From positions 370,574,001-370,638,000 of the forward strand of contig NW_027362769.1 in the NCBI RefSeq assembly GCF_046119375.1: a stretch of DNA of 64,000 nucleotides, given 5' to 3'. This document shows positions 1 through 14,403 of the stretch, one piece after another. The notes under the pieces were generated by a model. It searched no databases. It was not told the origin of the DNA and saw only the letters and a program-made list of their open reading frames with translations. A program made the position numbers and the translations under genes. Origin of the DNA: Phyllobates terribilis (lineage: Eukaryota). Each line of letters begins with the position of its first letter. Position 1 is the stretch's first letter.

Positions 1-3000
1 ATCACTGTGTGTATTATCCCTGAACTGTGACATCACTGTGTGTATTGTCCCTGTACTGTGACATCACTGTGTGTATTATCTCTGTACTGTGACATCACTG
101 TGTGTATTATCCCTGCACTGTGACATCACTGTGTGTATTATCCCTGTACGGTGACATCACTGTGTGTATTATCCCTCCACTGACATCACTGTGTGTATTG
201 TCCCTGTACTGTGACATCACTGTGTGTATTGTCCCTGTACTGTGAAATCACTGTGTGTATTGTCCCTGTACTGTGACATCACTGTGTGTATTGTCCCTGT
301 ACTGTGACATCACTTTGTGTATTGTCCCTGTACCGTGACATTACTGTGTGTATTGTCCCTGTACCGTGACATCACTGTGTGTATTGTCCCTGTACTGTGA
401 CATCACTGTGTTTATTATTTTCGCACTGTGACATCACTGTGTGTATTATTCCTGAACTGTGACATCACTGTGTGTATTATTCCTGAACTGTGACATCACT
501 GTGTGTGTTCTCCCTGCACTGTGATATCACTGTGTGTATTATCCCTGCACTGTGATATCACTGTGTGTATTATCCCTGCACTGTGATATCACTGTGTGCA
601 TTATCCCTGTACTGTGACATCACTGTGTGTATTATCCCTGTACTGTGACATCACTGTGTGTATTATTCCTGTACTGAGACATCACTGTGTGTATTATCCC
701 TGCACTGTGATATCACTGTGTGTATTATCCCTGCACTGTGATATCACTGTGTGTATTATCCCTGTACTGTGACATCACTGTGTGTATTATCCCTGTACTG
801 TGACATCACTGTGTGTATTATCCCTGTACTGTGACATCACTGTGTATTATTCCTGTACTGTGACATCACTGTGTTTATTATTTTCGCACTGTGACATCAC
901 TGTGTATATTATCCCTGTACTGTGACATCACTGTGTGTATTATTCCTGTACTGTGACATCACTGTGTGTATTATCTCTGTACTGTGACATCACTGTGTGT
1001 AATATCCCTGTACTGTGACATCACTGTGTGTATTGTCCCTGTACTGTGACATCACTGTGTGTATTATTTTCACACTGTGACATCACTGTGTGTATTATTT
1101 TCGCACTGTGACATTACTGTGTGTATTATCCCTGTACTGTGACATCACTGTATTGTCCCTGTACTGTGACATCGCTGTGTGTATTGTCCCTGTACTGTGA
1201 CATCGCTGTGTGTATTATCCCTGTACTGTGACATCGCTGTGTGTATTGTCCCTGTACTGTGACATCGCTGTGTGTATTATCCCTGTACTGTGACATCACT
1301 GTGTGTATTATCCCTGTACTGTAACATCACTGTGTGTATTATCTCTGTACTGTGACATCACTGTGTGTATTATCCCTGCACTGTGACATTACTGTGTGTA
1401 TTATCCCTGTACTGTGACATCACTGTGTGTATTATTCCTGTACTGTGACATCACTGTGTGTATTATTCCTGTACTGTGACATCACTGTGTGTATTATCCC
1501 TGTACTGTGACATCACTGTGTGTATTGTCCCTGTACTGTGACATCACTGTGTGTATTGACCGTGTACCGTGACATCACTGTGTGTATTGTCCCTGTACCG
1601 TGACATCACTGTGTGTATTGTCCCTGTACCGTGACATCACTGTGTGTATTGTCCCTGTACTGTGACATCACTGTGTGTATTGTCCCTGTACTGTGACATC
1701 ACTGTGTGTAGTGTCCCTGTACTGTGACATCACTGTGTGTATTATCTCTGTACTGTGACATCACTGTGTGTATTATCCCTGCACTGTGACATCACTGTGT
1801 GTATTATCTCTGTACTGTGACATCACTGTGTTTATTGTCTCTGTACTGTGACATCACTGTGTGTATTATCCCTGTACTGTGACATCACTGTGTGTATTAT
1901 CCCTGTACTTTGACATCACTGTGTGTATTGTCCCTGTACTGTGACATCACTGTGTGTATTGTCCCTGTATTGTGACATTACTGTGTGTATTGTCTCTGTA
2001 CTGTGAGATCACTGTGTGTATTATTCCTGTACTGTGACATCACTGTGTGTATTATCCCTGTACTGTGACATCACTGTTTGTATTATCCCTGTACTGTGAC
2101 AATACTGTGTGTATTATCTCTGTACTGTGACATCACTGTGTATATTCTCCCTGTACTGTGACATTACAGTGTGTATTATCCCTGTACTGTGACATCACTG
2201 TGTTTATTATTTTCGCACTGTGACATCACTGTGTGTATTATGCCTGTACTGTGACATCACTGTGTATTATTCATGTACTGTGACATCACTGTGTGTATTA
2301 TCCCTGTACTGTGACATCAGTGTGTATTATTCATGTACTGTGACATCACTGTGTGTATTATCCCTGTACTGTGACATCACTGTGTGTATTATCCCTGTAC
2401 TGTGACATCACTGTGTGTATTGTCCCTGTACAGTGACATCACTTTGTGTATTGTCCCTGTACCGTGACATTACTGTGTGTATTGTCCCTGTACTGTGACA
2501 TCACTGTGTGTATTATCCCTGTACTCTGACATCACTATGTGTATTATCCCTGTACTGTGACATCACTGTGTGTATTATCCCTGAACTGTGACATAACTGT
2601 GTATTATTCCTGTTCTGTGACATCACAGTGTGTTCTCCCTGCACTGTGACATCACAGTGTGTTCTCCCTGCACTGTGACATCACTGTGTGTATTATCCCT
2701 GTACTCTGACATCACTGTGTGTATTGTCCCTGTACTGTGACATCACTGTGTGTGTTCTCCCTGCACTGAGACATCACAGTGTGTTCTCCCTGCACTGTGA
2801 TATCACTGTGTGTATTATCCCTGTACTGTGACATCACTGTGTATTATCCATGTACTGTGACATCACTGTGTGTATTATCCCTGTACTGTGACATCACTGT
2901 GTGTATTATCTCTGTACTGTGACATCACTGTGTGTATTATCCCTGTACTGTGACATCACTGTGTGTATTATCCCTGTACTGTGACATCACTGTGTGTATT

Positions 3001-3781
3001 ATCCCTGTACTGTGATATCACTGTGTGCATTATCCCTGTACTGTGACATCACTGTGTATTATTTTCGCACTGTGACATCACTGTGTTTATTATCCCTGTA
3101 CTGTGACATCACTGTGTGTATTATCTCTGTTCTGTGACATCACTGTGTGTATTATCCCTGTACTGTGACATCACTGTGTATTATTTTCGCACTGTGACAT
3201 CACTGTGTGTATTATCCCTGTACTGTGCCATCACTGTGTGTATTATCCCTGTACTGTGACATCACTGTGTATTATCGCTGCACTGTGACATCATTGTGTG
3301 CATTATCCCTGTACTGTGACATTACTGTGTGTATAATCCCTGTACTGTGACATCACTGTGTGTATTATCTCTGTACTGTGACATCACTGTGTGTATTATC
3401 CCTGTACTGTGACATCACTGTGTGTATTATCGCTGCACTGTGACATCACTGTGTATTATCTCTGTACTGTGACATCACTGTGTGTATTATCCCTGTACTT
3501 TGACATCACTGTGTGCATTATCCCTGTACTGTGACATCACTGTGTGCATTATCCCTGTACTGTGACATTACTGTGTGTATAATCCCTGTACTGTGACATC
3601 ACTGTGTGTATTTTCCCTGTACTGTGACATCACTGTGTGTATTATCTCTGTACTGTGACATCACTGTGTGCATTATCCCTGTACTGTGACATTACTGTGT
3701 GTATAATCCCTGTACTGTGACATCACTGTGTGCATTATCTCTGTACTGTGACATCACTGTGTGTATTATTTTCGCACTGTG
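1..3781. repeat. 31-bp minisatellite (TGTGACATCACTGTGTGTATTATCCCTGTAC)n, about 120 copies, continuing off the left edge
   Basis: Direct tandem periodicity of 31 bp with occasional 2-bp deletions. Confidence 0.98.
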
Positions 3782-4176
3782 AACACTGAAAACAATACAA
3801 GCAATAAATAAAATAATTTTGTATGAAATGTCCTTTTTTGATGACAGTAAGCAGCACTGGCTTCTTCCACAGCTGTCACTTTCCTCATTTCCACCATTGT
3901 CTTCTTTTCATTTGAGAGGGAGGAAGTATTTAACGAGAATGACGCATATAAGCAAGTGTTGTTTTACATTTCTTTACTGGGGAGGGGGTTGAGGTGACCA
4001 CAATGGCCGCATTATAAAGCTGTTAATTTTACATGAAAATAACATATTAATGTTTGCCATGAAAGTCAGCTTAAAATGGACTGACTTCTAATGCCTTAAA
4101 TAACAGCTCAAAAAAACCCCAATGGGGCGATCCACTTTTTATAACCATTTTCAGATCCAAACTGTTTGCTGTCTTC

Positions 4177-4271
4177 CTGCAGCCGCCACTAGGGGGAGCT
4201 TATGAGCTTACTGCATACTATGCTCAGTGTATTCACAATATGCAGTGAGCTCCCTCTGGTGGTGGCTGCAG
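4177..4271. mobile_element. Short palindromic MITE-like element (copy 1) with CTCF-like arms
   Basis: CTGCAGCCGCCACTAGGGGGAGCT ... AGCTCCCTCTGGTGGTGGCTGCAG inverted termini; second copy at 7268-7363. Confidence 0.65.
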
Positions 4272-4439
4272 GTAGTCAACATGTTAACTTTTAAATCCAT
4301 ACCTACAGTATACAGAGGATTTGGTGCTCTGTATCAGGAAAACAAAACCCCGACCGTGATAAAGATATATTAACAAAATAATAATCATAACATTTTTAAC
4401 CTATAGGATAAAAAAAAAAAAGGATGCACCTTCAATTAT

Positions 4440-4800
4440 AGCTTTTTATCGGCATCCCAAATTGGAAAAAAGTCTCAGGACACATGCCCCGGTTGACACA
4501 TACTTGCAATTCTTAGGGTTCATCATGGATACAGTTTTATAAAAATCCGCAATGCTGCATTTCCATTCTCGGTGCTCTCTCTTATTTTCCGATCATATTG
4601 TGACTAAGCAATGAAATGAATTATTATTCCATCGATCGATATCCCTTTATTGATAGATTCATCGATCGGCCTCAGCGCAAAACATTTGATTTGGAAAAGT
4701 AGAATAATTTTTCCAAAATGGAAGTCCGGTACTTATTAATTATTTAGGTGATCAAATTGTGCGGCACTTTGTGGAAGGCGTATAACGCACAGATCATCCT
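4440..4800 (+). mobile_element. Possible highly degenerate DIRS-type RT fragment
   Basis: Translation ...PVDTYLQFLGFIMDTV resembles the DIRS RT motif L.FLGI.IDTV; multiple stops and frameshifts. Confidence 0.25.
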
Positions 4801-5499
4801 AAAATAATAGAGAACTTATTCTGCTCCAATTCCGATACATTTAGGGTGTTTTTAGCCTTGGACGCTGCCTTTATATTAGAATGATCACCGTTGATCTGCT
4901 GTGGAGCCGAGCAGGAAGTGTTTGCTTTCTCTGCAGCTCCCCCACAGGTGAAATGAGGAATTACACAAATCATTAGAACTATATATGTAACAGGTCCTCC
5001 AGATCAAAAGACACTCATTACAGCAGCTTTTCACTCTAACTAAATGAAATTTTATATTACAAAATATTGTTAAAGAAAAAACCCTCTTAATTGCGAAATG
5101 AAAGATGTAAAAAACAAAACAGAAAACGTTTTGTAGATTGCGATTCAATTTCTCTGTGATTTGCACACATTTGCCAGTACGGCCTTGTATTATACTATCC
5201 TGACAGACTTAAAAAAACACCAAAAATAACAAAAATAAAAAAATCAGTGATGCAGCAGTACCATCTACCTCCACTAGGCGGATACAGACACACAACAACA
5301 TGTGGTACATCTATTGCTATACTTCACTCCTCTCCTTCTCATCTACCCTGCTGTGTACCTGCTCCTCCACCCAAAAAACACGATTTTGTATTATTGTGCA
5401 GATTCAGACTGACTGACATTCATTGTCCAGAAATGCTGATACCGAACAACTAACACTTTTATATTATTCTTGTAACTTCATCTCAAATGATACCACTTT

Positions 5500-6700
5500 T
5501 ATAATGTGAAGATAATGCTACCACTTATAGCCCACATAATATCACCATATAGTGCTAAGATAATACTGTCATATACAGCCCACAAAATACCAGACAGTGC
5601 CACAATAATACTTCGTATATACAGTCCACATGGTGCAACCATATGGCGCTACGATAATACTGCCATATACCACCATATACTGTGGTGCCAAGTCATAATA
5701 GTATTACCATATACTGGCAACCTAATACTACCATATAGTTCCAGGATAATATTGCCATATACAGCCCACATAATACCACTGTATAGTACTGACATAATAC
5801 TGCCTTTTACAACCTACATAATACCACCATATAGTGCCAAGGCATGATATTATTTCCGTATAAAGGCAACATAATACTACCATATAGTTCCAGGATAATA
5901 CAGCCACATACAGCCCACATAATACCTTCATACAGTGTCAAAATAATAATGAAATAAATTGCCTACATAATATTATATAGTGGCAGGATAATACTGACAG
6001 GTGTAGCTCACAGAATACACAATATAGTGCCAAAATAATACTGTTATGTACAGTACACACAATCGCCATACAGTGTCAACATAATACTGTTGCATATAAC
6101 CCAGATAATACTGCCACACGGTACTCAACTGAAATACAGTATTACAATGCCACTTTTCATAGTTCTGCCATATATTTTCTTACTCAGTTTACAAATAATA
6201 CCACCTTTCACCATTAAGTAATACAAACTACCACCATTTGATGCTAGGATAGCACTGTTTTATATAAGCTTACATAATACCGCCATATAGTGCCATGATA
6301 ATACTGGCATATATAGCTCAAATAATACCACCATATAGTACCATAATACTGCCATATACCACTAACATAGTACCAAAATAATACTGCCATATACAGCCCA
6401 CATAATCACCATACAGTATCATGCCGATATTGTCAGATAGAGCCCATATAATACCACCATATGGTATCAACATAATACTGCCATAAACAGCCCACATAAT
6501 TCCACTATATAACCCACATAATAGAACCACATAGTACCAAAATAATACTGCTATATACTGTCCATGTATTCACCATACAGTCTCAAGATAATACTGTCAT
6601 TTGTAGAACACATAATACCGCCATATAATGCTCAATTTATATACAGTATTGTTATCCTAAATAAATAAATCCTACTTTTAATAATACCGCCATATAGTTC
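5500..6700. repeat. Degenerate AT-rich tandem repeat (about 50-bp unit built of ATAATAC..CCATATA subunits)
   Basis: Recurrent ATAATACTGCCATATACAGCCCACATAATACCACCATATAG motifs. Confidence 0.8.
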
Positions 6701-7267
6701 TGAACTCAATTCACAAATACCAACACACACCACAAAAAAAAAAAAAAAGTTCCTCTGTGGTTTGAGCAATGGACCAGTTTCCCACCTCAAACCTGCCCTG
6801 CGGTCAACATCGTTGATGCAATATGGCGGTTTTTATGAGTGAGAGAAACCATAACTGTAGTCCGCTCTGCCCGTGAGGTCAGTAATTTCTTTCTGGTTCA
6901 TAATTATAAACTTTTTTTTTTTTCCTGGAGTTTACAGAAGAAATCTAAAGTGCACAGATACGGTATAGTGGAAGGAAAGCCCCAGAAATACCAGGCGGTG
7001 ATTGTGTAATTCTTTATTGAATGCCCCCTGCCAGCCTAAGGCTTTCTGAGATATGGAAGACACGGTCAGCGCAGCAATCTGTAATGATTTCCCAGGAGTT
7101 TTATCCCTACGAGCGCTGAATAATATGGAATATCGGTCCCTGGTGGATGCTGTCTCTTTCTGGATGACGTACATCTTTCCAACCCCATACTATAAATACT
7201 ATATGTATAACATTTGAAGGTTTTCTGATTCCAAATCTCCTGAGTTGAAATGATAAATTCTTGCTAC

Positions 7268-7363
7268 CTGCAGTCACCACTAGGGGGAGCTTACTTCATA
7301 CATTGAACTCAATAATAAAGCAGTATGCAGTAAGCTCCTGAGCTCCCTCTGGTGGTGACTGCG
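7268..7363. mobile_element. Short palindromic MITE-like element (copy 2) with CTCF-like arms
   Basis: CTGCAGTCACCACTAGGGGGAGCT ... AGCTCCCTCTGGTGGTGACTGC; same family as 4177-4271. Confidence 0.65.
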
Positions 7364-8109
7364 AGAAGATAAAATGTTCTCCACGTGAAAAAACAAAGAA
7401 AAATATTATTAGACGCAGAATTTCGATTTGGGTTGGGGAAAGAACCCACTAAATTTGGTGGGTAAAATCAAACACTGCCCCCTATTGGTATATTAGTATA
7501 CAATGAATTAAATTATGGGGGATAATTTAATTTAAACATCTGGTTATAGCATAGAAGACACTTCTCTCCCTCCTAGGAGGCATTAACCCCGTAGTTTCCA
7601 TGCCCGGGCAGAGAAAGGTCACTGATTATGGGAAACGCTAAGAGGTTTGGAATGGAAGACATTGATTTTTCCCAATGAAGTTTTCTTTCTTCCGGGAACG
7701 CATTATTCCTGGGGAGGGGGAGATGACGGACAGGCGGCGGCTCTGGACATCTCAACCAGATGCAATATTCCTAAGTCTTCTCCGATTTCACAATTATCAG
7801 ACAATCGCAGGCTCCGCGATGGAACAATAGGAGGATTTTTTTTTGGCCAGGAGTGAAGCTGGCAGCTGCCGGCCCCAGGCACCATATTTCCATTATAACG
7901 CCGTCGTAAACAGTAATGCCGTTAGATTGCTGTAATGTTTTCTACAAATTAAGATGATGATGAGGATAATAATGACACGGGTGGTAATTAGCTCGGGTCG
8001 TCTGACCATGACTAAACCCAACTTGTGTGGCAGATCGCTATCAGAGCGAGTGGTCCTGCAGGACACGAGTTATGTGCTTGTATGCATGGTGGTCTCACCG
8101 GGACCGCTG

Positions 8110-10070
8110 GGATCTGATCTGAGGGACCACAGGGCAAGGATAAGGGAGCAGGAGCTAATATGAGGGTCCACAGCTGAATAAGGGGTCCATAGCTGAATGT
8201 GGGGACAAGTGAATATGAGTGTCCACAGGTGAATGTGGGGTGAGAGATAATACAGGGGTCCACAGCTGAATCCGGGGTCCACAGCTGAATACAGGGTAAG
8301 AGCTAATACGAGGGTCCATAGCTGATTATGGGGCAGAAGCAAATATGAGGGTCCGCAGCTGAATATGGTGTAGGAGCAAATAAGATGGTCCACAGCTAAA
8401 TATGTGTAGGAGCGAATACGAGGGTCCACAGCTAAATATGGTGTAGGAGCGAATACGAGGGTCCACAGCTGAATGTGGGGCAGGAGCTAATATGAGGGTC
8501 CACTCCTGAATGTGAGGCAGGAGCTAATATGAGGGTCCATGGGAATACAAGGGTCCACAGCTGAATGCGAGAACAAGGGAATACGAGGGTCCACAGCTGA
8601 TTTGAGGGGAAGGAGCTAATACGAGGGTCCACAGCTGATTTGGGGGGAAGGAGCTAATACGAGGGTCCACAGCTGATTTGGGGGAAGGAGCTAATACGAG
8701 GGTCCACAGCTGATTTGGGGGGAAGGAGCTAATACGAGGGTCCACAGCTGATTTGGGGGGGGGAGCTAATTCGAGGATCCACAGCTGATTTTGGGGAAGA
8801 AACTGATATGAGGGTCCATGGATGATTGTGGGGCAAGAGCACATAAGGTCCACAACTGAATGTGGGGCAGGAGGTTATCAAAACTGAATAAGGGGGCCGG
8901 TAGCTAATCTAAGAGAACACAGCACAAAAAGTAGAGGGCAGAAGATAATTGGAGAGTCCACACCTGAATCAAGGGCAGGGGCCAGAACTCATCGGAGAGA
9001 TCAAAGATAAAAGGGGTTCCGTCCCCTAGGAGCTGATCTCAAGGACCATGGTTGAGTAATGGACCCAGGAACTGATCTGAAGGACTGCAGCTGAATATAA
9101 GGGTGTAAGAAGCATATCTGAGGTACTAATGTTGAATGAAGTGGCCCCAGAAGGTGGTCTTTGTGATAATAGCTGAATGTGAGACCCTAGGAAATGAGCT
9201 AAGGGACCATAACTGAATAATGGGGTCTCTAAGAGCTGAGTTGTATACCGCAGGATGGATGAAGTGGTGAGTTGATCGGGACTTCAGTGCTGATTTGAAA
9301 GACCATCCACAGCTGAAGCATGGGTGACCATAAGAGATGATTTGAAGGCCACCGCTGGATGGAAGAGCCCTCAGTGCTAAACCGTGAGACCAAAGTTAAA
9401 TGGCGGGGCCCTAGTAAATTGTCTGAGGAAATCCAAATAAATAAAGGGGCTCTGGGAACTGATCTACGGGACCATAGTGGAATAAAGTGGCCATGGGATT
9501 TGATCTTTGGGACCACAGCTGAATAGGGATGTCCTTAGGAAATTATATGGGGGACCATAACTACTTAAGGGGTCACTAGGAACTTATTTGTGCATCATGG
9601 CTGGATAAAGAGGTTCTCATTGCTGATTTGAGGGACCTGAAGCTAAATGATAGGAGACCCTAGAAGCTAATCTGAAGGACCACAGCTAAATGGAAGGGCC
9701 CTGGAAGTTGATCATATGAACCACAGATGAATGACGGCGGGCCCTTGGAAATTATCTGAGGGAACACAAATACGGAGGCACTAGGAGCTGATCTGTACAC
9801 CACAGATGGATAGAGCAGCCCAGTGTTGATTTGTAGGATCACAGTTGAATGTTGGGACCGCAGGAGTTGTTCATAGGGACCAGAGCTGAATAGGGGGTCA
9901 TTGGGACCACAGCTAAATGTATGGGTCCTAAGAGCTCATGTAGGAGACCATAGATGAATGTTGGGCCCTGAGAACTAATCTAGGAGACCACAGACCCTAC
10001 AAGCTGATCTGAGGGACCGCAACAGAGGTGGACTGCCCAAGAACTGATGTGAGGGGGCACGGCTGATGTG
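8110..10070. repeat. 37-40-bp tandem repeat (GAGGGTCCACAGCTGA...GGAGCTAATAC), homogeneous core about 8580-8790, degenerate rightwards
   Basis: GGGTCCACAGCTGA recurs every 37-40 bp. Confidence 0.85.
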
Positions 10071-10966
10071 GGGGGGTATTGTTTATTTAATGTTATTCAC
10101 CTCTCAGCTGCTCCCCTGCCTAAAATGGCTGATAACAGGGAACAATAGGTTCCAAAGAACTGCAAATGGAGAGAAGACCAGGTTCTGACTTCAGCACCAC
10201 GGATAGTTCCTCTCGCCTACTTTGCATCACAGTCCGTCCAGAGTCTAATAAAGCCAGTGACAAGTTCTCGGTCCGAGCACTGATGAGGAGACCATGGTAT
10301 TAAAACCCGCAGCTGTGGAATCTTACAGGGAGACGGGGGAACGTTCTGCTGCCGCGGATTATGGCATTTGTCTGCAGGCTGATTAAACACGGCGAGCGCG
10401 GCCTGCAAACCTCCAGATGTAGAGCCACAATTAACAGCCGCTCATATGGTCAGGTCAACGGGATTGAGCGGCTTTACGAGACCTTCTGCGGTTGCATCGG
10501 TCAGAAAGCCATATAGGGTATTATAGGGACGCCCCGTAGATATAGGTGATGTCACATTACTGGAAAGGTCGCTCACCAGACAGATGTCCAGCGCCGGTGG
10601 CTGACTGATAACTTAATACTGATATATTACTGTCTGCCGCAGTCTGAGAAAATAATCCTGACTGCAAAGCTGAGCCTTAATCTTACACGTAGCACATTGA
10701 CCTCCCGTCTGTGTCCAGGAGGAATTAGCAAAGACCATGGATGATTAATGTAAAAAAAAAAAAAAGTCTATCAAGGCCTTTACTCCATTTTTCTGATGTA
10801 AAAAAAAAAAAGTCGTAAATTTTGGCCAAGATATTTTTGCACAGAAATTTGCGCTGTTCCTGCAGACAAAAATAATAAAAAATGCAGTATATCATAATAT
10901 TTCATTTTGAGCTGCACCGATGGGTAAAAATGTACTAAATTTATTAGAATTGTGCTTCCCTTAAAG

Positions 10967-11032
10967 CACAGATGTCAAACTCAAACACACAGAGAGCCAT
11001 AATTATAAACTTGGACAAAGTCGTAGGCATAC
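10967..11032 (+). mobile_element. hAT-like terminal sequence preceding the 31-bp array
   Basis: CACAGATGTCAAACTC resembles the CAGGGGTGTCAAACTC TIR type of non-autonomous hAT elements; the partner end was not found. Confidence 0.4.
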
Positions 11033-12238
11033 CAGTATACAGTATAATGGGCCCCACATAGTCCTCCATACAGAATAATGGGCCCCACATAGTCCTCCAT
11101 ACAGAATAATGGGCCCCACATAGTCCTCCATACAGAATAATGGGCCCCACATAGTCCTCCATACAGAATAATGGGCCCCGCATAGTCCTCCATACAGAAT
11201 AATGGGCGCTGCATAGTCCTCCATACAGAATAATGGGCTCCACATAGTCCTCCATACAGAATAATGGGCCCCGCATAGTCCTCCATACAGAATAATGGGC
11301 CCCGCATAGTCCTCCATACAGAATAATGGGCCCCGCATAGTCCTCCATACAGAATAATGGGCCCCGCATAATCCTCCATACAGAATAATGGGCTCCGCAT
11401 AGTCCTCCATACAGAATAATGGGCTCCACATAGTCCTCCGTACAGAATAATGGGCCCCGCATAGTCCTCCATACAGAATAATGGGCGCCGCATAGTCCTC
11501 CATACAGAATAATGGGCCCCGCATAGTCCTCCATACAGAATAATGGGCCCCACATAGTCCTCCATACGGAATAATGGGCCCCGCATAGTCCTCCATACAG
11601 TATAATGGGCCCCACATAGTCCTCCATACAGAATAATGGGCCCCACATAGTCCTCCATACAGTATAATGGGCCCCACATAGTCCTCCATACAGAATAATG
11701 GGCCCCACATAGTCCTCCATACAGAATAATGGGCCCCACATAGTCCTCCATACAGAATAATGGGCCCCACATAGTCCTCCATACAGAATAATGGGCCCCG
11801 CATAGTCCTCCATACAGAATAATGGGCGCTGCATAGTCCTCCATACAGAATAATGGACTCCACATAGTCCTCCATACAGAATAATGGGCCCCGCATAGTC
11901 CTCCATACAGAATAATGGGCCCCACATAGCCCTCTATATAGTATAATGGGCCCCACATAGTCCTCCATACAGAATAATGGGCCCCACATAGTCCTCCATA
12001 CAGAATAATGGGCCCCGCATAGTCCTCCATACAGTATAATGGGCCCCACATAGCCCTCTATACAGTATAATGGGCCCCACATAGTCCTCCATACAGAATA
12101 ATGGGCCCCACATAGTCCTCCATACAGAATAATGGGCCCCACATAGTCCTCCATACAGAATAATGGGCCCCACATAGTCCTCCATACAGAATAATGGGCC
12201 CCACATAGTCCTCCATACAGAATAATGGGCCCCACATA
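11033..12238. repeat. 31-bp minisatellite (CCCCACATAGTCCTCCATACAGAATAATGGG)n, about 39 copies
   Basis: Direct periodicity; explains the 327-444 aa minus-strand ORFs. Confidence 0.97.
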
Positions 12239-12239
12239 T

Positions 12240-12900
12240 GGGTGGCTGTTCTGGAGTCGCAGGCCAAATATAACCACCCCGGGGGCCAGAGTCTGACATG
12301 TATGCTTTAAAGGGTTTGTACCAAGATTGGAAGTCATCGTTTATCCATAGAGCAGGAGAAAACTTCCTGATCGCTGGGAGTCGGACCTCTGGGACTATCA
12401 CTGATCCAGAGAACGGGGCTCATCTAAAAGTATGTGCACCTCTACGCCATTCATTCACAGTGGGACTTCTGGAGAAAGCTGAGCGCAGCCCCCAATAAGG
12501 ATGAATGGAGCAGAGGTGCGGATGACAGATCCCACTCCATTGAGATGGGACGTACTTTGGATCGTCAGGGGTCCAGTGATCAGACCGCCTTCGATCAAGA
12601 ACTATGGATAGAGAATATCTTCCAAAGTAATATATTTGCGATGTTTTACTCCGGTGCACTGATGTGTAAATTCCCCTGGAGTGGGTATGGGAGTCAGCGG
12701 ACCCCCTGTTCTGGAGACATTTATTAAACTTTGGATATACCATAAATGTCTAGAATGGAAATTCCCCTGATGTCGGCAGAGCACCGGGACCTTGTAGGAT
12801 CGGTTAGGATTCCCCGAGCTTATGCATCCCCCTTTAATAGCTAATTTTGAGGTCTGATCATGATTAATGCAAACTGGGTATTTAACCTACATGTATGAAG
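12240..12900 (-). mobile_element. Possible degenerate DIRS/Ngaro-like tyrosine-recombinase fragment
   Basis: Minus-strand PFILIGAAL...EWRRGAHTFR resembles the YR C-terminal HSFRIGAA...GRW.S.AY..Y.R motif; frameshifted. Confidence 0.33.
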
Positions 12901-14102
12901 CGCCAAGAATAATGGGGTCAGCTCCAAAGTCATCCATCTGAACCAAGGTCAAGAACATGACCTGAAGGAGAAGCCTGCTCATGGCTATCCCCCGATACCA
13001 CGGCGCCCTCTAATGGTTAGCTTAGGGAAGTACAACAACAGATCTATGAGAAAAGTCTCCGTTACAGCAGAGGCAGAGCTGCAAAAATTACTAAATGGAG
13101 ATGTCTAGTCCTCTAAAATGATGATTTTCTACTTTACCAAGGTCCAAAGGGAAGCATATTCCATCTATGATCAATAGGACATAGTACGTGCTGCTCTTTA
13201 AAAGGAGTATTCCCGTCTCATAAAAGGTGATGGTATATTGCAAGGATGTGCTATGACGCAATGATCAGTGGGGGTCTGACCTCTGGGGGTCCCATTAATC
13301 CTGAGAATAAAAGGGCTGCAATGCTGATTGAGCACTGCATGTCCCCATTCAGTTCCATGTAGCTGTGCTGGAATTCCCTGCAAAGTGGGTGACCATAAAA
13401 ATTGCATCACTACCCCGTTATAAGGACATATTTTAGGGTCAGGGTATTTCAGCCTCAATTTCCGAAACCCATTCGCATAGGACCTTGTAATCATGGGGGT
13501 CCGCCTTTGCATTGACCCTAAATCACATGAAATTGACTTTTCATTCTGGTGGTCACCCAACTTTCCTGAAAACTGAAAAACCAGGGCAAGATTTAATATT
13601 GCACCTACAGACATTATATAACTTTAGGAGGTCACGATCATTAGGGTATGTCTGGTAAAGAGGGGCACGGCATGTACATACTGATTTTACAGCAATTTTC
13701 CCGCAGGCAACAGTTCTATAAAGCAGCAATGTCCTGATGTCCGGGGCCCCCGCCGATCCTGAGAATGAAGGGGCTGCAGCGCTGCTGTAGAGTCTCTGCG
13801 TGGCTGGAGGCGTCTCTGTGCAGGGAATAGTGATGAAGGGGAAACAGCACTGCAGCCCCTTTCTTTTTATGATCCATGGGGGTCCAAGCAAACGTTAAGT
13901 GAAGGCAAATCATACTGAATACAGCTTTAATAAAGGGGCGCCATATTGCATTGCTTCTAGGACAGTATAAGGCGTCCTACCGAGGCACCACACAGTAGTA
14001 CGTGGGTGCTTTATATTACAGACCCTCGGAGCCCCCATACACACAAACCGGCCACGTGCATAAGGTGATAGAAAGGAAAAAAACAGAAGACCAAAACTCC
14101 CT

Positions 14103-14403
14103 GACACCCGGGGCTCCACGACACCCGGGGCTCCACAACACCCGGGGCTCCACGACACCCGGGGCTCCACGACACCCGGGACTCCACGACACCCGGGGCT
14201 CCACGACACCCGGGACTCCACGACACCCGGGGCTCCACGACACCCGGGGCTCCACGACACCCGGGGCTCCACGACACCCGGGACTCCACGACACCCGGGG
14301 CTCCACGACACCCGGGACTCCACGACACCCGGGGCTCCACGACACCCGGGACTCCACGACACCCGGGACTCCACGACACCCGGGACTCCACGACACCAGG
14401 GAC
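14103..14403. repeat. 17-bp GC-rich minisatellite (CTCCACGACACCCGGGR)n, about 17 copies
   Basis: Direct periodicity. Confidence 0.97.

Noticed and set aside
1-3781. RSS heptamer CACAGTG in every unit (minus strand)
   Set aside because: No ACAAAAACC-like nonamer at 12- or 23-bp spacing, and the locus is not an antigen-receptor locus.
7573-7755. Minus-strand ORF beginning MRCPEPPPVR, superficially like the N-terminus of SBK1 (the XPO6 neighbour in human, as recalled)
   Set aside because: Similarity is limited to a few residues; there is no kinase domain sequence (e.g. ELGKGTYG) and no supporting splice structure.
10944-12401. Long minus-strand ORFs (327-444 aa) rich in MWGPLFCMEDY repeats
   Set aside because: They are translations of the 31-bp minisatellite and are open in all three frames. 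The same applies to the repeat ORFs near 14.0-15.4, 17.8-18.3, 23.2-24.1, 40.9-41.4, 51.8-52.2, 55.0-55.6 and 58.2-58.8 kb.
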